From Promethearchaeota archaeon (GTDB lineage Archaea > Asgardarchaeota > Lokiarchaeia > Sigyniarchaeales > SOKP01), in contig JAEOUA010000003.1 in assembly GCA_016839555.1 (NCBI GenBank), positions 64,001-128,000 of the forward strand: a stretch of DNA of 64,000 nt, read 5' to 3'. Shown piece by piece: positions 50,035 to 58,786 of this stretch. A program made the translations under genes and the position numbers. Under the pieces are notes generated by a model, which worked only from the letters and a program-made list of their open reading frames with translations, was not told the origin of the DNA and made no database searches. Each line of letters starts with the position of its first letter. Position 1 is the stretch's first letter.

Positions 50035-51738
50035 ATGATAAGTGAAATGAAGAAGAATCTTACAAAAAAGATTATTTATTTAATAATAATAGTTATATTA
50101 ATTTCAGTTTCATCTATTTTCCTTCTAATTCCTTTCTCTAAAAAGAATACTAATCTTTATTATTCATATCTGAATCAGAATAATTTAATCAATTCTAATT
50201 CATTTAGTGAAGAGGATTTTAGCTCCATCTTGGCAGAAGAAAAAAATGGTTTAGGGAGCATCTCCATTCAAAATATTTCTTATTATAAAAAAGGATTTAC
50301 AAATTATACTTCTCAATTAAAATATAAAAGAGTAAATGATGATATTTTAAATGAAACCTTAAATATTACGTATCTAGGAACTCAATTTAAGGGAGTGTTA
50401 ACAAACGCTACACGGGATTATCTCAAGAGTACTTTTATAGATCAGAATAAAATTGCTATTCTAATTAATGAAAGCCTTCAAATTTCTTTTGATAATAGTT
50501 CCGATGAGGATGGTCTAGCGGGATATCTTATTTATTTACCATGTTTAACTCCAATAGAAATAAATGAGATTTATATTAATAAAGGTGCAATAAGTTCCAT
50601 CGATTACGCAATTAAAGAAATAAAATGTTATCCCTTTATATATTTTAATTATTTTAACTTTTTAGGGCTGCAAACTAGTGGAACTTTTTCAATGGATATC
50701 ATATTTTCATATAATTTAACGTTAAAAAATTGGGAAGCTACTCAAATCAATTATGAGGATATAGTAGTCATTAACAAAGTTCAAAATATATCAGCAGATT
50801 ATGTTTATAATTTTGAGATAGTAGGAGAACAAATTATTGGAGACACTTCTATTGAAGGAACTGGTAAGGCATCTGACTTAAATGTGAGTTTGAAAATAAT
50901 CCCTTTTGATAGAACTCAATTAACGTATACAATCCTTAAATTAAATGGGAAAAATAAAAATATTAATAATTATACTTCTGATAACATAATTTATATCAAT
51001 CTTTCAGATTCGTTTCAAGCAAATAACAGCGAATTTTCATTAAGTTTTACAACAGAATTTAGAGTCCAATTTTATAACGCAGTTGATAAGACATGGGCGA
51101 TAGACAGACTAGTAGAAAATTTGTATATTAGGGAAAGGATTTATTTTCCCTCTATTACCGAGGGCCCAAGTCGCTTAGTTGTGAGATTCTCTTTTTCCGA
51201 ATCTACAATATTAGAAGAAGATATCATCGATTCTTATACTCAATTTGAAAGAGCAATCACCGAAATTAGTCCTGAGCAATTTGGTATTAAAATTATTACT
51301 CCTGTATTAGTTAAAGGTGAACTGGCATGTCCTATTGCTATTAAATATCAAGCAATCAGAAATTTTAGAATTATTATAAGAGATAATTTTGATGTACCCC
51401 TATCAGGATTAAATATTAAATTATTTTATAATAATAAACCATATGGAACATATATATCAAATAATAAAATTCAGCCCATTGCTCCTTTAACCACAAATAA
51501 GAATGGGGAGATTAATTTGGCTTTTCTACCTGATGGCTTTTATACAATTGCGATATATAAAGATGGCAATTTAGAGGCGGTAAAGACATTAAATACGAAT
51601 CAACCAGTATATGACTTTAAGACAGAAATTCCTCATATTCCTATTGTTGTTATCGTTTTTGGGTCTTTATCAATTCTAATAATTTGTATTGGAGTTATTT
51701 TTTATTTTAGAAATTATAAAGGAAATCTAAGAACTTGA
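50035..51738 (+). CDS. Predicted cell-surface glycoprotein with N- and C-terminal TM segments
   Basis: Terminal hydrophobic helices, many NxS/T sequons, C-terminal beta-sandwich (TNKNGEI...LPDGFYTI). Confidence 0.65.
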   Translation: MISEMKKNLTKKIIYLIIIVILISVSSIFLLIPFSKKNTNLYYSYLNQNNLINSNSFSEEDFSSILAEEKNGLGSISIQNISYYKKGFTNYTSQLKYKRVNDDILNETLNITYLGTQFKGVLTNATRDYLKSTFIDQNKIAILINESLQISFDNSSDEDGLAGYLIYLPCLTPIEINEIYINKGAISSIDYAIKEIKCYPFIYFNYFNFLGLQTSGTFSMDIIFSYNLTLKNWEATQINYEDIVVINKVQNISADYVYNFEIVGEQIIGDTSIEGTGKASDLNVSLKIIPFDRTQLTYTILKLNGKNKNINNYTSDNIIYINLSDSFQANNSEFSLSFTTEFRVQFYNAVDKTWAIDRLVENLYIRERIYFPSITEGPSRLVVRFSFSESTILEEDIIDSYTQFERAITEISPEQFGIKIITPVLVKGELACPIAIKYQAIRNFRIIIRDNFDVPLSGLNIKLFYNNKPYGTYISNNKIQPIAPLTTNKNGEINLAFLPDGFYTIAIYKDGNLEAVKTLNTNQPVYDFKTEIPHIPIVVIVFGSLSILIICIGVIFYFRNYKGNLRT

Positions 51739-52052
51739 TTGTCATATTCGTTGATAATATCGAAGATTTTGCATATTTTCTCCATAAAAGAATTATGGAT
51801 GAAATTTTTTATGAATTCAGAGAAAGGAAAAAGGATGAAGATCTTGGCAGCAAAACTGAAACAGAAGTGATATTTCACTTTCTTAGTAAGGTAGAATCTT
51901 CTTTAATTCTTTACGAAACAAAATTAATATTATCATCCCAAAATGAGGAGCAATTAATTAACCAAGCTCAAGAAATATTAAATAAGGTAGATAATTCTAT
52001 TAAATTTGTGAGAGGAAAAATTAGAGAGATTTTTTTATCTTACTCCTTATGA
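51735..52052 (+). CDS. Hypothetical protein
   Basis: 105-aa ORF with TTGA overlap on the upstream gene; 13-nt convergent overlap with aIF2-gamma. Confidence 0.55.
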   Translation: MIVIFVDNIEDFAYFLHKRIMDEIFYEFRERKKDEDLGSKTETEVIFHFLSKVESSLILYETKLILSSQNEEQLINQAQEILNKVDNSIKFVRGKIREIFLSYSL

Positions 52053-53596
52053 TCTACTCTCATTCCATAACCTATCAATCTGTATCTTCTATTAATGATT
52101 CTCGAAATCGCAAAAATAAAGTCGTTTGGAATACAAATTGGAGGATTCAAGTTAATTATATAACTATTTTTTAAGATCTTAGAAACAGTTCCTGCAGCCT
52201 TTTCTGTGCCCACTACGATAAGAAATTTTTCTCCATGCTTTAAATCATGCACTTTAATCATTTCCTCAGCTCCTATAACTCTATCTAATAAATGAACCTC
52301 TAATTCAACTTCATCTATTAATTCAGGCAAAGAGCCGGGTTTTCCGGCTAAATTTCCAATTAAAGCATCTCCTTTTGTCAAGGCGGGGTCCAATTTAGTC
52401 CCTAGTCCAATTAGACCGCCAGGTTTTGCTTTTTTTAAAAACTTATTACCTTGGCTTATACTGACTATTGTTGATTTTAAAGGTCTATATTGATTTTTTA
52501 CCTTCAATCCAGGACTTATTTCGACTTTATCTCCAATTTCAATCTTACCTTGTAATACCTGACCACCAATTACACCTCCAATAAGTTTATCAATTTCTTT
52601 CCCAGGTCTATTTACATCAAATGAACGAGCAATTAAAAATTCAAAATCTTGAGTTTCATCAAATTCAGGAGTAAGAATTACTTCTTGAATTGCTCTGACC
52701 ACAAGTTCGATATTAATACCAAATAAGGCTGATATGGGAATAATAGGTGCATTTTCTGCAACTGTTCCTTTTACAAATTCTTTTATTTGACGATAATTTT
52801 TTAAAGCATCTTCTTTAGTAACAGCATCAATTTTATTTTGAATAATAATAATATTTTCTATACCTGCAATATTTAATGCTGCCAAATGTTCTCTAGTTTG
52901 GGGTTGTGGACATGGTTCATTAGCAGCTATTAATAAACAAGCTCCATCCATAAGTGAGGCTCCACTCAACATTGTAGCCATTAATATTTCGTGTCCTGGA
53001 GCATCTACAAAAGAGATATTTCTTTTAAATTGTAATTGTCCTTTACATTCTGGGCATCTAAATCGAGGTTCCCCCTCTTTTCTAGCTTCATCGACCATAT
53101 ATGAAGTATAATATTTGTCGCATACTGGACAATGGAAAATAGTGGCATTTGAATAACCTAATTTAATCGAAATGCCACGTTCTTGCTCTTCTGAGTGTCT
53201 ATCGGTCCAATCTCCAGTTAAAATCTCAACTAATGTAGTTTTACCGTGATCCACATGTCCAACCAAACCCAGATTCATTTCAGCTTGCTTGTTCATTTGT
53301 TTTTTTAACTCTGATATAGGTATTTCTTCTGTTTTTTTCATTGGTGCTCTTTTTGGCTTTAATTCTTTTTCTATTATTTTCTCTGGAGCTTTAAATCCCT
53401 TTTCTTCAGTTTCTTGTAATAGTTTCTGGGCAGCTTTAATATATTTTAAAGCAGTTGATTCTCCAATACCTTTAACTTTTAATAAATCATCTACCGTTAG
53501 ATTTGCAAGTTTTTTAACAGAATTTATTCCTGCGGCTTCTAAACTCTCAGCAGTTGCTTTTCCAATCCCGGTAATATCTTCTAATTTCAATGACAT
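52040..53596 (-). CDS. eif2g: Translation initiation factor aIF2 gamma subunit with extra N-terminal helix-hairpin-helix domain
   Basis: GHVDHGKTT, RGISIKLGY, Zn knuckle, DAPGHE, QNKID, RSFDVNRPG, YRLIGYG; N-terminal ITGIGKATAESL...VKGIGESTA HhH. Confidence 0.95.
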   Translation of the reverse strand: MSLKLEDITGIGKATAESLEAAGINSVKKLANLTVDDLLKVKGIGESTALKYIKAAQKLLQETEEKGFKAPEKIIEKELKPKRAPMKKTEEIPISELKKQMNKQAEMNLGLVGHVDHGKTTLVEILTGDWTDRHSEEQERGISIKLGYSNATIFHCPVCDKYYTSYMVDEARKEGEPRFRCPECKGQLQFKRNISFVDAPGHEILMATMLSGASLMDGACLLIAANEPCPQPQTREHLAALNIAGIENIIIIQNKIDAVTKEDALKNYRQIKEFVKGTVAENAPIIPISALFGINIELVVRAIQEVILTPEFDETQDFEFLIARSFDVNRPGKEIDKLIGGVIGGQVLQGKIEIGDKVEISPGLKVKNQYRPLKSTIVSISQGNKFLKKAKPGGLIGLGTKLDPALTKGDALIGNLAGKPGSLPELIDEVELEVHLLDRVIGAEEMIKVHDLKHGEKFLIVVGTEKAAGTVSKILKNSYIINLNPPICIPNDFIFAISRIINRRYRLIGYGMRVDHKE

Positions 53597-53804
53597 GTTA
53601 TAAAAGTTAAAATTTTTTGAATATAATTAGAATACGTAAATTTCTTCCTATATTAAGTAAAATAATTTAATAAAAAATATATTATTTATGAAAATTTAAA
53701 GATCAACTTAGAAACAGTTTAGTCTAATTTCATTTATTATATTATCATTTGCCTTAAAATAATATTAATTGATTTTATAGAAAAAATAAAAGCGAATTAT
53801 ATTA

Positions 53805-54101
53805 TCATTTACTTTTTTTTCCGGTTTTTTCTTCAATCTTTTTTTTCTGTCGTTTTTTACGATCTTTTGAAAAAGATTTGATGGTCTTGATGGTTTTTAT
53901 AGCACCTGCTTTCTTTTCCAATGTTGTATAAGAAACTCTTAATAAGCTATCTACATAGAATGTCGAGGTCTTTCCACACGATTTATCCGTATGATGAATA
54001 TATATTGGAGCAGGATACTTGCCAGAATCAATATCTGCTTCTTCAATCCAAAAAATTATTTGCTTGCCGCAGTGAGGACAATTATTAAATCGATAGGGCA
54101 T
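53805..54101 (-). CDS. Small putative Zn-binding protein with basic tail
   Basis: CPHC...HH...C, FYVDSLLRV, Lys-rich C-terminus. Confidence 0.6.
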   Translation of the reverse strand: MPYRFNNCPHCGKQIIFWIEEADIDSGKYPAPIYIHHTDKSCGKTSTFYVDSLLRVSYTTLEKKAGAIKTIKTIKSFSKDRKKRQKKKIEEKTGKKSK

Positions 54102-54252
54102 TATATATTAGATTTACTACGTCTTTAATATAAGACTTAATAATATCTATAAAATAAATAATTATTGTGAATAATTAAGTACTTATTATTTTATTCTTAT
54201 ATACTATAATAAGATATAAATTAAGTTCTTTTATATGTGATGAGTTAATATT

Positions 54253-56415
54253 ATGGCTCTAATCCGTAAAAAAAGCTTTATTTTGGTACTCCTTTTTTTA
54301 TTTATTTTTAGTATTTCGAGTATTTCTATTCTTTATTATAATGAATTGGCTCTTAAAAACGAAAATGAGGCATTAGCTTCTAATGGAAGCTCTCAATTTA
54401 CTTTTCCTTTGTTGCCCTCGATTGATTATGAATCATTAAATGATACTTGGTATAATCCAAAATTAGAGATGATAATTATAGTACCAAATGGAAGCGAAAT
54501 TTTTGCGAATGCGTGTAAACCGTTAGCAGAATGGAAGAATCAAAAAGGAGTGAAAACTCTAATATTAAGCAATTATTCTTTATATCCTGGAGAAGATAAT
54601 CAATCAAAAATAAGAAATATGATAAAATCATACTATGAATCTGATGGAATTAGATGGGTCTTATTAGCTGGAGATGCTCAAGATGATTTGATCCCAATAC
54701 GGAAAATCTATAATCCAGATACAATAGTTATAGGTGATACTGAACCTCATGGTTTTAGCCAGTCTTATAAACCTACAGATTATTACTATGCGGATCTTAC
54801 AGGAAGCTGGGATTCGGATGGTGATGGAATTTATGGAGAAATAACATTATTTTCAGATGAAATAAATTGGATTCCAGAAGTTTATGTTGGACGTTTGCCA
54901 GCAAGTAATGTTAATGAACTTTCTGAAATGATTAATAAAACACTAAAATATGAAGAAGATCCAGAAATAGGTGATTGGATGAATAGAATGTTATTAGCAG
55001 GGGGAGTATCAGAACCAGTTAATCCAATAAAAGATCCTGATGGAGAAGATGAAGCAAGGCTCACTTCATATATCTTACAATATTATGTTCAAGATCAGAT
55101 GAATTCAACCCATCTTTGTCGTACTACCTCAGCTTATACACCACCAGTTCCCTATGAAGATCTAAATCATAGTAGTTTCAATAATTCCTTTAATGATGGA
55201 TATTCTACAATATTATTTGCTGGTCATGGTGATTATGATGAATTCGCTGATGCGGATGGTGGTATTAGAACATTATATACGAGTGGAGATGCTCAAGATT
55301 GTTCGAATGCTTATAATCCATCCCTAGTTTATGCTGATGCGTGTACAACTTCCTGTTATGACTCTGATGATTTTGATAATAATATTGGAGAGATCTTAAT
55401 TAAGAATAAAAATGGTGGCGCAATCGGGTACATCGGTGGATTAAGATTAACCTGGTATTATACTAATGATTATTTACTTGAGGCGCTCAATCGAGGGAAT
55501 GCGAAATATTTCTGGAAAGTATTTTTTGAGGATAAAATATTCCAGCAAGGAAAAGCATTATATGATTCGAAAGTTTCCTATATGAATAGTTTTTACTATA
55601 AATTTAAGAGAGTTCCATATCATGTAGAAGCCGAGCGCAAGCAATTATCAACATATTGTTTGTTAGGAGATCCGGAAGTGGATATATATACGGATATTCC
55701 CGGTAAAATCGAAAATATTTCACTCCCTTCAACTATCTATGAAGGGCAGTTAGTAGAAATAGAAAAAATTACAGATAATTATAGTAGAATTGTTCCTTAC
55801 CCCCGTCTTTATATTACCACAGAGGATGGCATAGAAAGAACAGTCTATGGCGATAAAAACGGAAATGTGAAATTTCGATTACCTTTAGGAGCGTATAAAA
55901 CCTATAATATATCAATATCTGGTCATAATTTGGACAAATTTTCCAATTTTTCTTTTATTACTGAGCCTGATAATAATCTTCCAAAAATAAACAATTTTTT
56001 ATATTCTCCAAATCAGCCCACTGTATCTACAAATATTAACTGGTATTTTAAGACTACTGATAATGAATCCGGAATAGAAAGTCTATTTCTTATATATTCA
56101 GCAGATAATTTTAAAACCTATCAATATATTCAGTTTAAAAATGATTTTACTGAAAATCAAGAAGATTTTATGTTTCGAACCTTAAAATTGGAGCCCGGAG
56201 ATTATCAATATATCTTATATGCAAGGGATTATGCTAACCATGGAATTTATTTATGGTTACCTTCTTTTCAAATTTCTATTAACATTCCACTAACTTACTA
56301 TTTCATTGAAAGTATTGCCATAACCTTTGCAATTATTGCTGCTGGTTTTTGTATATATTATGTGGTTATATTAAAAAATTACCCAAGAAAAATAGAAAAA
56401 TTCACAGAAATCTAA
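54253..56415 (+). CDS. C25-family (gingipain-like) cysteine peptidase, membrane-anchored
   Basis: WKNQKG, LLAGD, TDYYYADL, VGRLP, FAGHG (His), DACTT (Cys), GGAIGYIG, LLGDP; TM at both ends. Confidence 0.88.
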   Translation: MALIRKKSFILVLLFLFIFSISSISILYYNELALKNENEALASNGSSQFTFPLLPSIDYESLNDTWYNPKLEMIIIVPNGSEIFANACKPLAEWKNQKGVKTLILSNYSLYPGEDNQSKIRNMIKSYYESDGIRWVLLAGDAQDDLIPIRKIYNPDTIVIGDTEPHGFSQSYKPTDYYYADLTGSWDSDGDGIYGEITLFSDEINWIPEVYVGRLPASNVNELSEMINKTLKYEEDPEIGDWMNRMLLAGGVSEPVNPIKDPDGEDEARLTSYILQYYVQDQMNSTHLCRTTSAYTPPVPYEDLNHSSFNNSFNDGYSTILFAGHGDYDEFADADGGIRTLYTSGDAQDCSNAYNPSLVYADACTTSCYDSDDFDNNIGEILIKNKNGGAIGYIGGLRLTWYYTNDYLLEALNRGNAKYFWKVFFEDKIFQQGKALYDSKVSYMNSFYYKFKRVPYHVEAERKQLSTYCLLGDPEVDIYTDIPGKIENISLPSTIYEGQLVEIEKITDNYSRIVPYPRLYITTEDGIERTVYGDKNGNVKFRLPLGAYKTYNISISGHNLDKFSNFSFITEPDNNLPKINNFLYSPNQPTVSTNINWYFKTTDNESGIESLFLIYSADNFKTYQYIQFKNDFTENQEDFMFRTLKLEPGDYQYILYARDYANHGIYLWLPSFQISINIPLTYYFIESIAITFAIIAAGFCIYYVVILKNYPRKIEKFTEI

Positions 56416-56661
56416 ATTAATAAAACTTTTAATCATTTTTTTTAATCTTTAAAAATCTTAAGAGTAAAGCAGCCTTAGAAAAGAAAAAATAAGTTTTTGA
56501 ATCATTAATCCCTAAGATTCGACTTATTTATTCCTTTTAAATTTAACGCATAAACTTTAATTATAAGGGGTTCTTTATTCTATCCAAATTTAAACCATCA
56601 AGTTTTAAGTTATCAATTTCTTAGAAATTGAGATTACTTAAAAATCAACTATGGTTTTTTT

Positions 56662-56843
56662 TTTGGCCACATAAAATGCAGCTCTTCGCTGCAGCGCCGA
56701 AAGTTAAACTTTGTTGCGTTAGCGATAGTACTTCTGTTGAAATCAGCGGGAAACGCTAAACTGTAAGTTCGCTTACGGTCATAGTAACAAGGGATAGTAC
56801 CCGGTCCCATACCGAACCCGGAAACGCTTTTTATGTGGCTAAA
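56662..56843 (+). repeat. Inverted repeat enclosing the permuted 5S gene (15-bp stem plus BHB-like motif)
   Basis: TTTGGCCACATAAAA (56662-56676) pairs with TTTTATGTGGCTAAA (56829-56843) with one G-U; inner GCG/CGC and CCGA/CCGG helices with 3-nt bulges. Confidence 0.9.
56703..56823 (+). rRNA. rrf: 5S rRNA gene, circularly permuted (3' half 56703-56767, UUCG linker 56768-56771, 5' half 56772-56823)
   Basis: Loop C CCCATACCGAAC; helix I CTTACGG/CTGTAAG; helix II GTAACAAGG/CTTTGTTGC; helix III CCGGT/ACCCGG; TTAGCG/CGCTAA with loop E AGTA/GAAA; halves occur in reversed order. Confidence 0.92.
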
Positions 56844-56938
56844 TAATTTTTATAATGCTTCTTCTATCTATAGTATCCTTTTGCCATAATTTTTTAAACA
56901 ATTAATAATATCTTAAATATAATATATTATTTTATCGC

Positions 56939-57451
56939 TTGAATAATAATATGGTAAAGAAATACGTCATTTTTCTCAAAAGAATTTGGAGATCATGGTT
57001 TATAATCTTAGTAATAATTATTATTATCCTTGCGTTTTATAATTTAATTGCAGCCATAATTTTAACGGGTATAACACTTCTTTTATTTGTATTTTCTTAT
57101 ATTCCGTCCTTCTTCTTTAAAAATAGAGTAGTGCGCTTTCTAAAAAATTATTATAGGATTAAAGATGATGATATCATTAAGCATTTTAGCAATAAAAAAG
57201 ATAAAATAAAAAAGGTTCTATTTGATTTAGCACAGGATCAAGCAAAAAAAGATTGGCTCATCGTGTTTGTAAATAATCATTACATCTATTTTCATAAAGA
57301 TATAATTGAGAAATATAAAAATCTCTATCAAAAAGGTTACGGCGAAAAAAAGATTTTTGATCTATTACAAAAGATTGATATTGAGACGAGAGCAGAAATT
57401 AAAGCAATAAATACTACTTTAAAGGCACATAATAGACTTTCAGAAGAATAA
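56939..57451 (+). CDS. Hypothetical membrane protein (2 TM plus soluble C-terminal domain)
   Basis: Hydrophobic aa ~20-60 followed by a charged domain. Confidence 0.65.
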   Translation: MNNNMVKKYVIFLKRIWRSWFIILVIIIIILAFYNLIAAIILTGITLLLFVFSYIPSFFFKNRVVRFLKNYYRIKDDDIIKHFSNKKDKIKKVLFDLAQDQAKKDWLIVFVNNHYIYFHKDIIEKYKNLYQKGYGEKKIFDLLQKIDIETRAEIKAINTTLKAHNRLSEE

Positions 57452-57475
57452 GAAAAATAAAAAAATAAAAAAAAA

Positions 57476-57949
57476 TTATTTCCGATTTCCTTTTTTAATC
57501 ATTTGGATTTCCAATAAAATTCCTAGAGAATCTATTGTGTCAAAATAGGCAACATATTGCGTAAAGAATTGTCCAATAAACACCGCTTCTATATTATTCT
57601 TCTTAAATAATTCAATATACGGATCAAGATCTTCTACCATACCACTTATATGTTGAAGTCCTTCGTGTCCATTATCCAAGAATTCTTGATGTATTCCTTC
57701 ACCAGAGATTGGCTGAATAAGTTCAATTTGTTTGCCCCAATATCGACTCAATGCAAGTCTCAATGTGCAAATTGATTTTTTTCCCCGAAAAACAACTTCA
57801 GATGTTACATCTGGAAAAATTGCAAATTTCGGCATATTCCATAATTTCTCCATTACTTTAGTTTGTTTTTCAACATCTTTATATACATATCCTAATTGCA
57901 TAATTTCCAAATCTCCAATATTCATATCTAATGATTTTTCGTCTGACAT
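57476..57949 (-). CDS. VOC/glyoxalase-family protein (methylmalonyl-CoA epimerase-like), copy 1
   Basis: QLGYVYKD, QIELIQP, GLQHI, YFDT...LLE. Confidence 0.85.
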   Translation of the reverse strand: MSDEKSLDMNIGDLEIMQLGYVYKDVEKQTKVMEKLWNMPKFAIFPDVTSEVVFRGKKSICTLRLALSRYWGKQIELIQPISGEGIHQEFLDNGHEGLQHISGMVEDLDPYIELFKKNNIEAVFIGQFFTQYVAYFDTIDSLGILLEIQMIKKGNRK

Positions 57950-58071
57950 TATCTATACAACTCCTTTTCTTAATATAATAATAAAAACAATTTCATTTTT
58001 ATTTTAATAGAAAAGTAAGTTTGAATGGTATTTATAATTTTTATCCCATAAAAATAAACACAATTTTAAAA

Positions 58072-58152
58072 ATGCGGTTTATCTCTGGGTTAAAAAAATT
58101 ATTCTCAAAATGGATATATGCCCTGATAATAAACTATTTTCCAAAAGTGTAA
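58072..58152 (+). pseudogene. Truncated 5' fragment of the membrane-protein gene family at 58787/59862
   Basis: Translates MRFISGLKKLFSKWIYALIINYFPKV*; near-identical to the start and upstream region of 59862. Confidence 0.85.
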
Positions 58153-58176
58153 AAATAAAAAAAAGGATTTAAAAAA

Positions 58177-58650
58177 TTATTTTCGACTTCTTTTTTTAGT
58201 CATTTGTAATTCCAATAGAAAACCTAAAGAATCAGTTGTATCAAAATATGAAAAATACTGCTTTCCTATATTTCCACTAAATACAGCTTCTATATTATTC
58301 TTCTTAAATAATTCAATGTATGAATCAAGATCTTCTACCATACAACTTATATGTTGAAGTCCTTCGTGTCCATTATCCAAGAATTCTTGATGTATTCCTT
58401 CACCAGAGATTGGCTGAATAAGTTCAATTTGTTTGCCCCAATATCGAGTGAATGCAATTCTAGTAGTATAAACTGATTTTTTCCCCCGATAAATAACTTC
58501 ATTTTTGTTATCAGGAAGAATTGCAAATTTCGGCATTCCCCACACCTGCTCCATTATCTTAGCTTGTTTTTCAACATCCTTATAGACGTAGCCTAGTTGG
58601 AAAATTTCCAAATCTCCTATATTCATATCTAAAAGTTTTTGATCTGACAT
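58177..58650 (-). CDS. VOC/glyoxalase-family protein, copy 2
   Basis: Same length (157 aa) as copy 1 with long identical stretches. Confidence 0.85.
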   Translation of the reverse strand: MSDQKLLDMNIGDLEIFQLGYVYKDVEKQAKIMEQVWGMPKFAILPDNKNEVIYRGKKSVYTTRIAFTRYWGKQIELIQPISGEGIHQEFLDNGHEGLQHISCMVEDLDSYIELFKKNNIEAVFSGNIGKQYFSYFDTTDSLGFLLELQMTKKRSRK

Positions 58651-58786
58651 TTCATATTCTATTCTTAATTTAATTTTAAAAATATTAATATAATAATAGG
58701 AATATTTTCATTTTTATAAATTTAAAAGTAAGTTAAAATTCTAAATAAAATTTTAAATTCATTAAATATAATATAGATTAAAAAAA

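Noticed and set aside
56664-56702. Leader (TGGCCACATA...CCGAAA) as a degenerate second copy of the 5S 5' half
   Set aside because: The similarity is limited to a few nucleotides at each end and is better explained by stem and BHB pairing; it is not supportable as a relic.
56662-56843. The permuted 5S as a mis-assembly or decayed tandem pseudogene
   Set aside because: A chimera would not be expected to produce a UUCG cap, a 15-bp flanking stem, correctly placed bulges and fully paired cross-half helices. Read-level confirmation is still needed.
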